Below, piece by piece: positions 21,630-29,794 of a stretch of DNA of 61,650 nt. The stretch lies in NCBI GenBank assembly GCA_035248585.1, contig DATFHJ010000254.1, positions 1-61,650 on the forward strand, given 5' to 3'. This DNA comes from Thermoanaerobaculia bacterium. GTDB taxonomy: Bacteria; Acidobacteriota; Thermoanaerobaculia; Gp7-AA8. The translations under genes were made by a program, and so were the position numbers. The notes below the pieces were generated by a model. The model was not told the origin of the DNA and ran no database searches. It saw only the letters and a program-made list of their open reading frames with translations. Each line of letters begins with the position of its first letter. Position 1 is the stretch's first letter.

Positions 21630-22237
21630 CGCGGTACCAGCACGATTTCCGAGACCGACGAAGCCGTCGGAATACTGCGCAGCCATTCGCGGTGCTGATA
21701 GTTCGGGTGATCGACGACGATGGTCTGATTCCCGGAGCCCGCGGGCGGGCAACCGAGGTCCATGCGGTACAGGCCGTCCTCGCCGGTCACGACATGCCGG
21801 CCGAGGAAATCGATCGTCGCGCCGGGGATGCCGGCGTGTGTGTTGGCGTCGACCACGCGTCCGCTGAGCGTGACGCAGCCGTTCGCGGAGATCTCGAAGT
21901 TGCTGAAGCTCGATCCGCCGATGACGATCGTCGGAATGAACGAGTGCGTCGTTGCGCCGGGTGCAAACACGGAGACGATGTACGTGCCGCCCGGAACGGA
22001 AAGCGAGTAGCGGCCGGTCGCGTCCGTCACGGCCTCGCCCGAGTTCGGCGTGCCTTTGACGACGGTCATGAACGCGGTCACGCGCGCGCCGGCCACGGGC
22101 GCGCCGGTCTCGGCGTACGACACCACGCCGCTGAGCGTCGCGGTTCCTTCGAACGAAGGCTCGGTCGGTGAAGAACGATTGCAGGCGGCGAGAAGAACGA
22201 GCGAGAGAACGAGGAAAAGGGAAACCGGGGATCGCAT
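21626..22237 (-). CDS. Lipoprotein with carboxypeptidase-regulatory-like beta-sandwich repeats (paralog A)
   Basis: MRSPVSLFLVLSLVLLAAC lipobox. LSGVVSYAETGAPVAGARV...SGRVVDANTHAGIPGATIDF. Roughly half the residues are identical to paralog B by eye. Confidence 0.6.
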   Translation of the reverse strand: MRSPVSLFLVLSLVLLAACNRSSPTEPSFEGTATLSGVVSYAETGAPVAGARVTAFMTVVKGTPNSGEAVTDATGRYSLSVPGGTYIVSVFAPGATTHSFIPTIVIGGSSFSNFEISANGCVTLSGRVVDANTHAGIPGATIDFLGRHVVTGEDGLYRMDLGCPPAGSGNQTIVVDHPNYQHREWLRSIPTASSVSEIVLVPR

Positions 22238-22271
22238 GTTGATCGAAATACGAACGTAAGAGTGTTTTTGT

Positions 22272-23492
22272 CTACAACGCCGCGAGCACGGCGCGCTTGA
22301 TCTTGCCGCGCTCGTCGAGCGGCATCGCGTCGATGAGCTTCACGATGCGCGGCACTTTGTGCAGCGACAGCCGCGCGCGGCAAAACTCGCGCACCATTTC
22401 GCGCGTGACGTCCGGCGTCGCCACGATGGCGGCCGCGACCACTTCGCCGCGCGCGCCCGCCGCTTCGCCGTACACCTTCGCCTCGCGCACGCCTTCGAGC
22501 TGCAGGATTACCGCTTCCACTTCGCGCGGGTTCACCTTCTTGCCGGCCGTGTTGATGAGATCCGACGCGCGTCCCGTGAGCACGAGCTCGCCGTCGTCAT
22601 TCATCGCCACGAGGTCATCGGTGATGAACGAGCCGCCAACAGCGGACGCGCTTTGCACCGTGAGGCGCGCGTTTTCGATCGACAGCGAAACGCCGTTCAT
22701 CGCCGCGCCGACCGTCCCGCGCTCCGCCGCCGCGCCGAGGCGGTCGTACGTGATGCCGCCGGTCTCGCTGCAGCCGTAGAACGAGTGAATGGGGAGGCCG
22801 AAGCGCTCGCGGAAACGGCGCGACGTCAATGCCGGCAGCGGCGCGCCGGCGGAGAGGAACGTGCGGACCGTCTCGAATGTGCCATGCGCGGCGGTGGCGA
22901 GGTGATCGAACACCATCGGAATCAGCGGCGCGACCGTGCAGCGATGCGCGTTCGCGAGATCGACGAGCGACTGCGGCAGATACGCGTTCGTCGCTACGAC
23001 CGGTGTGCCCTGCAGCAGCAGCGGCATGACGAGATTGGAGAAGCCGTACGAGTGCGAGAAGGGGATCGCGCCGAGGTTGATGTCGTCCGGGGCGATCTCC
23101 ATCGTCGAGCAGATGTTCTCGCAGTCGGCGATGAGATTCGCTTCGCTGGTGTAGATCCCTTTCGGCTTGCCGGTCGAGCCCGAGGTCACTTTGATGAGGC
23201 GCGTGCCCGCGGGGAACGGCGGCTGGAAGCTCGCCCGGATGTTCGCCACCTCGGCGTCCGCGGCATCGCGATCGATCGGGATGACGACGAGGTCGAGTTG
23301 CAGCGCCGCGACAAACGTGGCCACGAATTCGGCCGAGTTCGGCAATTGCAGCGCCAGCGGCTCGCTCGGAAGCCGCTCCGCGACCTCATTCGCGCGCGCC
23401 CACAGCTCCGCGCGCGTGACGGCGCGGCCGTCTTCGATGACGGCGACGGCGCGCGGATCGCGCTCCACGAGCCTCAGGAATCGATCGAGCAT
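22272..23492 (-). CDS. AMP-dependent synthetase/ligase (short acyl-AMP/acyl-ACP ligase type)
   Basis: Start MLDRFLRLVERDP. TSGSTGKPKG (AMP-binding core), YGCSETGG, TGRASDLINTAGKKV. The N-terminal part of the 645-aa track ORF is antisense to the next gene. Confidence 0.8.
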   Translation of the reverse strand: MLDRFLRLVERDPRAVAVIEDGRAVTRAELWARANEVAERLPSEPLALQLPNSAEFVATFVAALQLDLVVIPIDRDAADAEVANIRASFQPPFPAGTRLIKVTSGSTGKPKGIYTSEANLIADCENICSTMEIAPDDINLGAIPFSHSYGFSNLVMPLLLQGTPVVATNAYLPQSLVDLANAHRCTVAPLIPMVFDHLATAAHGTFETVRTFLSAGAPLPALTSRRFRERFGLPIHSFYGCSETGGITYDRLGAAAERGTVGAAMNGVSLSIENARLTVQSASAVGGSFITDDLVAMNDDGELVLTGRASDLINTAGKKVNPREVEAVILQLEGVREAKVYGEAAGARGEVVAAAIVATPDVTREMVREFCRARLSLHKVPRIVKLIDAMPLDERGKIKRAVLAAL

Positions 23493-23534
23493 TGCAGAAT
23501 AAGATCTTCCCACAAGACGGTTTGTTGCCCGCGA

Positions 23535-24518
23535 ATGCGTGATGTCCTCGTCATCGGCGGCGGTCCAGCCGGAACCACGGCCGCGACTCTCCTGGTACAG
23601 CGCGGGCTCTCCGTAACGCTTCTCGAGCGCGAACGCTTTCCGCGTTTTCAAATCGGCGAGTCGCTGCTGCCGTACAACAACGACCTCTTCGCGCGCCTCG
23701 GCGTGACCGACCAGCTCCTGCAGGGCGACTTTTTCCCGAGATTCGGCGCCGACTTTGTCACCGGAGACGGCAGCGTCAGCTTCCGCTTCCGCTTCGACAA
23801 GCGCCTGCGCGACCCCTATCGCCGCTCGTTCCAGGTCCGGCGCTCCGAGTTCGATCACCTGTTGCTGAAGAACGCCGAGCAGCACGGCGTCGACGTGCGG
23901 CAGGAGACGCCGGTGACGTCGGTCGATCTCAGCGATCCGAACAAAGCGATCGTGAATGGCGAGCTGGAAGCGCGCTTCGTCATCGACGCCAGCGGCCACG
24001 GCTCGATCGTCGGCAGCCGCGTCGGCGCGAAGGAAGACGTGAAGGCGCTGAAGAAAATCGCGTTCTTCGCGCACTACCGGAACGTCCCGCGCGACGCGGA
24101 CAAGGACGCGGGCAACACCGTCATCGTCGTTCTCCGCGACGCCTGGTTCTGGCTGATCCCGATCACCGCGGACGTGATGAGCGTCGGCCTCGTCGTCGAC
24201 CGCGAACACTTCGTTTCCTGCGGCCTGGAGCCGCAGGCGTTGCTCGAGCAGACGATCGCGGATACGCCGTGGGTGGCGGAGCGGATGAAAGACGCCGAGC
24301 GCGTGTCGCCGATCCGCGCGCGCAAGGATTTCTCCTTCCGCATGCGCAACATCGCCGGCCCGAACTACGCGCTGATCGGCGACGCGGCAGGATTCCTCGA
24401 TCCGATTTTCTCCACCGGCGTGTTCATGGCCATGAAGTCCGCCGACATGGCCGCGGGCGCGATCGAGTCGCGAACCGCGACAATCGCTTCAAAATCTGGC
24501 TCTTCTTCCTCCTCGTGA
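23535..24518 (+). CDS. FAD-dependent oxidoreductase, flavin-halogenase-like (paralog 2; 3' end probably frameshifted, coding signal continues to 24598)
   Basis: MRDVLVIGGGPAGTTAA, WFWLIPITADVMSVGLV, GDAAGFLDPIFSTGV. The last ~16 codons have low GC3, while an alternative frame keeps high GC3 down to TGA 24596-24598. Confidence 0.7.
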   Translation: MRDVLVIGGGPAGTTAATLLVQRGLSVTLLERERFPRFQIGESLLPYNNDLFARLGVTDQLLQGDFFPRFGADFVTGDGSVSFRFRFDKRLRDPYRRSFQVRRSEFDHLLLKNAEQHGVDVRQETPVTSVDLSDPNKAIVNGELEARFVIDASGHGSIVGSRVGAKEDVKALKKIAFFAHYRNVPRDADKDAGNTVIVVLRDAWFWLIPITADVMSVGLVVDREHFVSCGLEPQALLEQTIADTPWVAERMKDAERVSPIRARKDFSFRMRNIAGPNYALIGDAAGFLDPIFSTGVFMAMKSADMAAGAIESRTATIASKSGSSSSS

Positions 24519-24603
24519 ACGTGCACAAGCGCCTCGGCAAGCTCGCCCCGCCCATCGCCTGGGACTCGCTGCCGGCCGCCGCTGCTAAACTGACGTGACT
24601 TTT

Positions 24604-24882
24604 ATGACCGATCCGAACCTCAAACGAAAACTGAAAGAGCTGCTCATCGAGCGGCTGAAGTTCGAAGACATGACCCCCGAGGACATCGAGGATGACGCGC
24701 CGCTCTTCGCCGGCGGCCTCGGCCTCGATTCCATCGACGCGCTGGAGATCGTGGTGATGCTGGAGAGCGAGTTCGGCATCAAGGTGAAGAACGAAAGCGC
24801 GGCGCGCGACTACTTCGTCTCCGTCTCCACGCTCGCCGCGTACGTCGACGCCAAGCTCGCAGAGGCGAACGCCAGCGCGTGA
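24604..24882 (+). CDS. Acyl carrier protein
   Basis: LGLDSIDALEIVVMLESEFGI with the phosphopantetheine Ser motif DSI. About 92 aa. Confidence 0.85.
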   Translation: MTDPNLKRKLKELLIERLKFEDMTPEDIEDDAPLFAGGLGLDSIDALEIVVMLESEFGIKVKNESAARDYFVSVSTLAAYVDAKLAEANASA

Positions 24883-25244
24883 GCTGGCTCGCCCGGCTCC
24901 CGCATCAGATTCCGTTCCGCGCGGCGTCCGCCGCGCATCGCATCGACGAGAAATCGATCGAAGGCGTCTACGTCTGCACTGCCAATGACATGGCGACGGC
25001 GGAGGTGATGGTCGTCGAGGCGATGGCGCAGTTCGCGGGCGGGCTCGTGTTCGAAGCGCAGGGCTTCTTCACCGGCATCGACCGCTGCGAAGTGCTGCGC
25101 GCGATCGAGCCGGGCGACGTCGTGGCCATTCGCGTCGAGCTCGAGGCGGAGTTCGGCGGCACGTTTCGATTCAGCGGCAGCGGCAGCATCGATGGAGTAG
25201 ACGTCGTGCGCGGAAGGTTCTACCTCAGCGGTGCGCAAGCCTGA
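24879..25244 (+). CDS. Hotdog-fold protein (FabA/FabZ-like dehydratase candidate)
   Basis: GTGA overlap with the ACP stop. ~120 aa. Placement between ACP and KS, plus ...VVEAMAQFAGGL...GIDRCEVLRAIEPGDVV..., resembles dehydratases of aryl-polyene-type loci. Confidence 0.5.
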   Translation: MSWLARLPHQIPFRAASAAHRIDEKSIEGVYVCTANDMATAEVMVVEAMAQFAGGLVFEAQGFFTGIDRCEVLRAIEPGDVVAIRVELEAEFGGTFRFSGSGSIDGVDVVRGRFYLSGAQA

Positions 25245-26463
25245 TCTCTCCACGCGAATCGCGGTCACCGGAGCCGGCATCGTCTGCTCGATCGGACGCA
25301 ACAAGTCCGAAGTGTGGCAATCGATTGTCGACGCGCGCGCGGGCATCGCGAAGCTGACGCGCTTTCCGGGCGAGACGTTTCCGACCGACATCGCCGCGGA
25401 GGTGAATTTGGAGCGACAGGCTCTCAGCCTGTCGGACGGCGACGGCGGGCTGAGAGCCCGCCGCTCCACGCGGCGGCTCTCGCGCACGGACTTGCTCGCC
25501 GTCGCCGCGGCGAAAGAAGCGATCGAACAAAGCGGGCCGTTTCCGCGCGAGCGCGCCATCGTCAGCACCGGCACGTCGACCGGAGGCTTGCTCGAAGGCG
25601 AGGATTACTACTTCCGCCGCATCGTGCGCGGACGCCGTCGCGCGCCGGTCTCGCTCGTGCTGCAGCAGCCGACGTCGGGTCCGTCCGATGCGGTCGCGCG
25701 CGCGTTCGACCTCGGCGGCGGCGTGCTTTCGAACGCGACCGCGTGCGCATCCGCCGGCGCGGCAATCGGAATGGCCGCCGACTATCTCCGCTCCCGCCAC
25801 GCCGACGTCGCCATCGCCGGCGGCAGCGACGCGCTGTGCCGCCTGACCTACAGCGGCTTCAACGTCCTGCAGGCCGTCGATCCGCAGCCGTGCACGCCAT
25901 TCGATGCGGCGCGCAAAGGCATCACCCTCGGCGAAGGCGCCGGCTATCTCGTGCTCGAGCGCTGGGACGACGCCGTCGCGCGCGGCGCAACCATCCTCGC
26001 GGAGCTGTGCGGCTACGGCGCGTCGTGCGACGCCCATCATCCGACCGCGCCCGCCGAAGACGGCCGCGGCGCCGAAGCCGCCATGCGCGGCGCGCTCGCC
26101 GAAGCGCAGCTCGACGCGTCTTCCATCGACTACGTCAACGCCCACGGCACCGGCACGACACTCAACGACTCCGCCGAGACGAAGGCCATCATCTCCTCCC
26201 TCGGCACGGGCGTCCCGGTCTCGTCGTCAAAATCCTACTTCGGCCACACCCTCGGCGCCTCCGGCGCCGTCGAAGCCGTTGTCTCCATCCTCGCCCTCCA
26301 GCACCAAACCGCCCCGCCCACGCTCCGCCTCCGCGAGCGCGCCCCCGACTGCACGCTCGACTACATCCCCGAAACCCCGCGCCCGATGGCCATGGAGAAC
26401 GTGCTTTCGAATACATTTGGCTTCGGAGGTAGCAACGTCTCGTTGCTGTTCCGGAGAGTTTGA
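25231..26463 (+). CDS. Beta-ketoacyl-ACP synthase (KAS I/II type, FabF-like)
   Basis: RIAVTGAGIV; active-site ATACASAG (Cys), CDAHHPT (His), VNAHGTGT (His), GFGGSN. Carries a repeat copy in frame. Confidence 0.9.
   Translation: MRKPDLSTRIAVTGAGIVCSIGRNKSEVWQSIVDARAGIAKLTRFPGETFPTDIAAEVNLERQALSLSDGDGGLRARRSTRRLSRTDLLAVAAAKEAIEQSGPFPRERAIVSTGTSTGGLLEGEDYYFRRIVRGRRRAPVSLVLQQPTSGPSDAVARAFDLGGGVLSNATACASAGAAIGMAADYLRSRHADVAIAGGSDALCRLTYSGFNVLQAVDPQPCTPFDAARKGITLGEGAGYLVLERWDDAVARGATILAELCGYGASCDAHHPTAPAEDGRGAEAAMRGALAEAQLDASSIDYVNAHGTGTTLNDSAETKAIISSLGTGVPVSSSKSYFGHTLGASGAVEAVVSILALQHQTAPPTLRLRERAPDCTLDYIPETPRPMAMENVLSNTFGFGGSNVSLLFRRV
25409..25469. repeat. Family-1 double-hairpin palindromic element, copy H (intragenic, in frame; hybrid left arm)
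   Basis: TGGAGCGACAGGCTCTCAGCCTGTCGGACGGCGACGGCGGGCTGAGAGCCCGCCGCTCCAC. Translated as LERQALSLSDGDGGLRARRST in the KS. Confidence 0.8.
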
Positions 26464-27476
26464 CGAACCGCATCCCCATCACCGGCATCGGCGTCATCGC
26501 GCCCGCGCCCATCGCGCCGGTCGACCGTTTCGACACCAGCGGTCTCTCCGCGCACACGGCGGCGCTGGTGCGCGATTTCAAGCCGAAGGACTACATCGCG
26601 CCGATGAAGATGCGGCGGATGAACGCGCTGTCGCGGCTCGCGATGGCGGCGGCGAAGCTGGCCATCGACGATTGCGGCGCGGTGCCGGGCGCGAACACGG
26701 GCGTCGCGCTCGGGACGGCGTTCGGGCCGGTGCAGACGTCGGTCGACTACATGAAGGAGTACATGGAGAAAGGCGCGGCCCTCGCGCCGCCGCAGCTGTT
26801 CGCGGAGTCGGTCGCGAACGCGCCGGGGAGTCACATTGCCATCGAGTGGAACCTGCGCGGCTTCAACGTCACGTTCACGCAGCGCGAGTCGTCCGCGCTC
26901 GCGGCGGCGATGTACGCGTGTACGCAGCTCGCGAAAGGCGCCGCGGACGCGGCGCTGATCGGCGGCGTCGATGAAGTGAACGAGATGCTCTTCAGCGTCC
27001 TCGATCGCGTCGGCGCGCTCGACGATGCGATGGAGCACGGCATGATTCTCGGCGAGGGAAGCGCGGTGCTCGTCGCCGGCAACGCGGGCACGCGCGCGCC
27101 GTACGCGTGGCTCTCCGGATTCGGCGTCGCGCGCGATACGACGGCGTCGATCTCCGATTGGGGCACGGGCGCGGAAAGCGTGGTCGCGGCGATGCAGGCG
27201 GCGATCGATGATGCGGAGCTGACGGTCGCCGACATCGGCGCGGTCTACGTCTCCGCGAACGGGTCGGCGCGCGGCGACGCGCTCGAATTGCGTGCACTGC
27301 AACTGCTGTTCGGCGCGAAAATGCCGGAGCTCGTGAAGACGAAATCGGTGTTCGGTGAATACGCGGCCGGCGGAGCGTTGCAGCTCGTCGAGGCGGTTCG
27401 CGGCGCGCATGGGCATGCGCTCGTGAATTCACTCTCCGCGGGCGGCGGGATCGTCTGTGCGGTGGTGTCGCGATGA
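26460..27476 (+). CDS. Ketosynthase-like protein lacking catalytic Cys/His (chain-length-factor-like partner)
   Basis: TTGA overlap with the KS stop. RIPITGIGVIAP. The KS active-site Cys position reads TFTQRESSAL and the second His position reads VSANGSARGD. Confidence 0.75.
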   Translation: MTNRIPITGIGVIAPAPIAPVDRFDTSGLSAHTAALVRDFKPKDYIAPMKMRRMNALSRLAMAAAKLAIDDCGAVPGANTGVALGTAFGPVQTSVDYMKEYMEKGAALAPPQLFAESVANAPGSHIAIEWNLRGFNVTFTQRESSALAAAMYACTQLAKGAADAALIGGVDEVNEMLFSVLDRVGALDDAMEHGMILGEGSAVLVAGNAGTRAPYAWLSGFGVARDTTASISDWGTGAESVVAAMQAAIDDAELTVADIGAVYVSANGSARGDALELRALQLLFGAKMPELVKTKSVFGEYAAGGALQLVEAVRGAHGHALVNSLSAGGGIVCAVVSR

Positions 27477-28144
27477 TGATCGCGGTCGTGATTCCGGCGT
27501 ACAACGCGCAGCGCAAGGTCGCGGAGATCGTCGTCGAGGCGCGCAAGCAGCTGGAGCCGGTGATCGTCGTCGACGACGGGTCGAAGGACGGCACCGGCGC
27601 GGTCGCCGAGGCCGTCGGCGCGGTCGTGCTGCGCCACGAGAAGAATCGCGGCAAAGGCGCGGCGCTGAAGACCGCGTTCGCGTGGGCGCTCGATCACGGA
27701 TACGACGCCGTCATCACGGTCGACGCCGACGGACAGCATCTGCCGGGCGAGATCCCGAAGTTCGTCGAGCGTTATCAGCGCGGCAAAGAAGACCTGATCA
27801 TCGGCGGGCGCTCGCATCTGTTTCACGAGATGCTCCCGCGCCGCCGCAACGCGAATCGCTTCTCCGCCTGGTGCATCGCCATGTGCTCGGGCGTCGAGAT
27901 CACCGACTCGCAGAGCGGCTTCCGCCTCTACTCCGCGCGTCTTCTGCGCGCGATCAAACTGCACACCGACGGCTTCGACATGGAGAGCGAAGTAATCGTT
28001 CTCGCCGGCCGGCGCGGCTTCGACATCATCACCATCCCCATCGACCTCGGCTTCGTCGACGGCGTCGGCACCTCGCATTTCAAACCGCTCAAAGACACAT
28101 TGCGGATTGCGTGGACGGTGACGCGCGCACGGTTCCTTTGGTAA
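27473..28144 (+). CDS. Family 2 glycosyltransferase
   Basis: ATGA overlap. IAVVIPAYNA, VVDDGSKDGT, VDADGQH, QSGFRLY. Confidence 0.85.
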   Translation: MMIAVVIPAYNAQRKVAEIVVEARKQLEPVIVVDDGSKDGTGAVAEAVGAVVLRHEKNRGKGAALKTAFAWALDHGYDAVITVDADGQHLPGEIPKFVERYQRGKEDLIIGGRSHLFHEMLPRRRNANRFSAWCIAMCSGVEITDSQSGFRLYSARLLRAIKLHTDGFDMESEVIVLAGRRGFDIITIPIDLGFVDGVGTSHFKPLKDTLRIAWTVTRARFLW

Positions 28145-28217
28145 GTGGAGGACAGGCACTCCTGCCTGTCCAGCCTAGCCGCTTCGCTGTGGACAGGCAG
28201 GAGTGCCTGTCCTCCAC
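28145..28217. repeat. Family-2 double-hairpin palindromic element (between convergent stops)
   Basis: GTGGAGGACAGGCACTCCTGCCTGTCCAGCCTAGCCGCTTCGCTGTGGACAGGCAGGAGTGCCTGTCCTCCAC. Starts at the base after the GT2 stop and ends 3 nt before the M28 stop. Confidence 0.9.
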
Positions 28218-28220
28218 CGT

Positions 28221-29774
28221 TTATTTCGGCAGCGGCTTCCGCGGAATCAACTCCGCGCGGTTCGCCGCTTCCCACACGAACGTCGCCGCGACGACGGCGG
28301 CCTGCATCAGGTCTTCGCGCTGCAGGCGCTCGTACGTGTCCCAGTTCGTGTGATGCGTGCGCGTCGAGTACTCGATGTCGTCCTGGATGAACTGGAAGCC
28401 GGGGATGCCGGCTTCGTCGAAGGCGATGTGATCGGTGCTCGCGGTGTTGCGCATCGTGACGATGGTGGCGCCGAGGTCGTGCAGCGGCGCGAGCCACGCC
28501 TCGAAGAGCGGAACCGCGGCCGCGTTTTCCTGCGCGTAGATGCCGCGGATCTTGCCGGTGCCGTTGTCCAGGTTGAAGTACGCCGAGATCTTCGCGTGAT
28601 CGGGCTTGAGCACCAGCTCGCCCTTGTCGGTCGTGCGGAAGTTCATCGGCAGCTTCGCCTGCTCCGGATCCTTCGGCTCCTTGCGCGTCGCGTAGTGCTG
28701 CGCGACGTAGGCGCGCGAGCCGTACAGCCCCTGCTCTTCGCCGCTCCAGAGCGCGATGCGAATGGTGCGCTTCGGCGTGATGCCGAGCGATTTCAAAATG
28801 CGCGCGGCCTCCATCATCACCGCGCAGCCGGCGGCGTTGTCGGTCGCGCCGGTGGAGCTGTGCCACGAATCGAGGTGCGCGCCCAGCATCACCACCTCGC
28901 CCTTCTTGTCGCTGCCCGGAATCTCGGCGATGGTGTTGTAGGCGTTGCGGTCGTCGCCGTAAAACTGCGAGCGGACCTCGACCTCCAGCTCGACGTTCTT
29001 CTTCGCCTCGATGAGACGCGCCAGGCGGTTGTACTGCTCCGGCGCGAGCGCGACGGTCGGCACGCCGAGGGGCTCGTCATCGCGCCACGTGCCGGATGCC
29101 TGCACGTTGAACAGCCCGCCGTCGCCGCGCGGATTCTGGATGATCGCGGCGATCTTCTCGTCCATTGCGAATTGCGCGAGCGCCTTGCGGAACTCGCGGC
29201 GGGCCATGCCGTCACGGCGGCGCTGATCGTCGCGCGCGGCCGGGATCTCGTACGCGCCGAGTTTCTCCAGCTCCGCGTCGTCGTAGCGCTCCAGCGCGGC
29301 CTTCTCCTGCGGCTTGAGCTCGCGCGGCTCGGACGTCATCACGATCGCTCCGGCGAGCTTGCCTCTGTTCTTCTCGAGATCGTCTTTCGTCTCGAGCTTC
29401 ACCTTCTTCACCACGCCGCGGATCGCGCCGCTCGTCGCCGGCGACCACGCGTACGCGATCGCATAGAGCTGCTGCGGCTCCGGCGCGAGCATGCGCACCG
29501 ACGTGTAGTCGGAGCTCCAGCCGCGGCCGAACGGTCCCCACGATTCGAGGTGCGCGTTGGCGAGGCCGTACGCGGTCAGCTGGTCGCGCGTCCACTCATT
29601 CGCCTTCTTCATCGTCGGCGAGCCGGTGAGGCGCGCGCCGGTGAGATCGATGATGCCGGCGGCGATTTCCATCACCTTCGAATTGCGAAACCCTTCCTGG
29701 CGGATGCGCGTGACGGCCTGCAGATCGGGCGCGTCGGCGGCGCTGAGCGAAGCGGCGAGAATCAAGGCAAGCAT
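28221..29774 (-). CDS. M28 family metallopeptidase (aminopeptidase-like, secreted)
   Basis: MLGAHLDSWH, TGATDNAAGCAVMME, LWSGEEQGLYGS and STDHIAF are M28 zinc ligand motifs. PA-like insert. Confidence 0.85.
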   Translation of the reverse strand: MLALILAASLSAADAPDLQAVTRIRQEGFRNSKVMEIAAGIIDLTGARLTGSPTMKKANEWTRDQLTAYGLANAHLESWGPFGRGWSSDYTSVRMLAPEPQQLYAIAYAWSPATSGAIRGVVKKVKLETKDDLEKNRGKLAGAIVMTSEPRELKPQEKAALERYDDAELEKLGAYEIPAARDDQRRRDGMARREFRKALAQFAMDEKIAAIIQNPRGDGGLFNVQASGTWRDDEPLGVPTVALAPEQYNRLARLIEAKKNVELEVEVRSQFYGDDRNAYNTIAEIPGSDKKGEVVMLGAHLDSWHSSTGATDNAAGCAVMMEAARILKSLGITPKRTIRIALWSGEEQGLYGSRAYVAQHYATRKEPKDPEQAKLPMNFRTTDKGELVLKPDHAKISAYFNLDNGTGKIRGIYAQENAAAVPLFEAWLAPLHDLGATIVTMRNTASTDHIAFDEAGIPGFQFIQDDIEYSTRTHHTNWDTYERLQREDLMQAAVVAATFVWEAANRAELIPRKPLPK

Positions 29775-29794
29775 GAGTGGCGTAGTGTAATGGC

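Noticed and set aside
22272-24518. 645-aa (-) and 719-aa (+) track ORFs overlapping each other across the AMP-ligase / FAD-enzyme divergent junction.
   Set aside because: Each is a true gene fused to the antisense shadow of the other. Motif-supported starts are 23492 (-) and 23535 (+), leaving a 42-nt divergent intergenic region.
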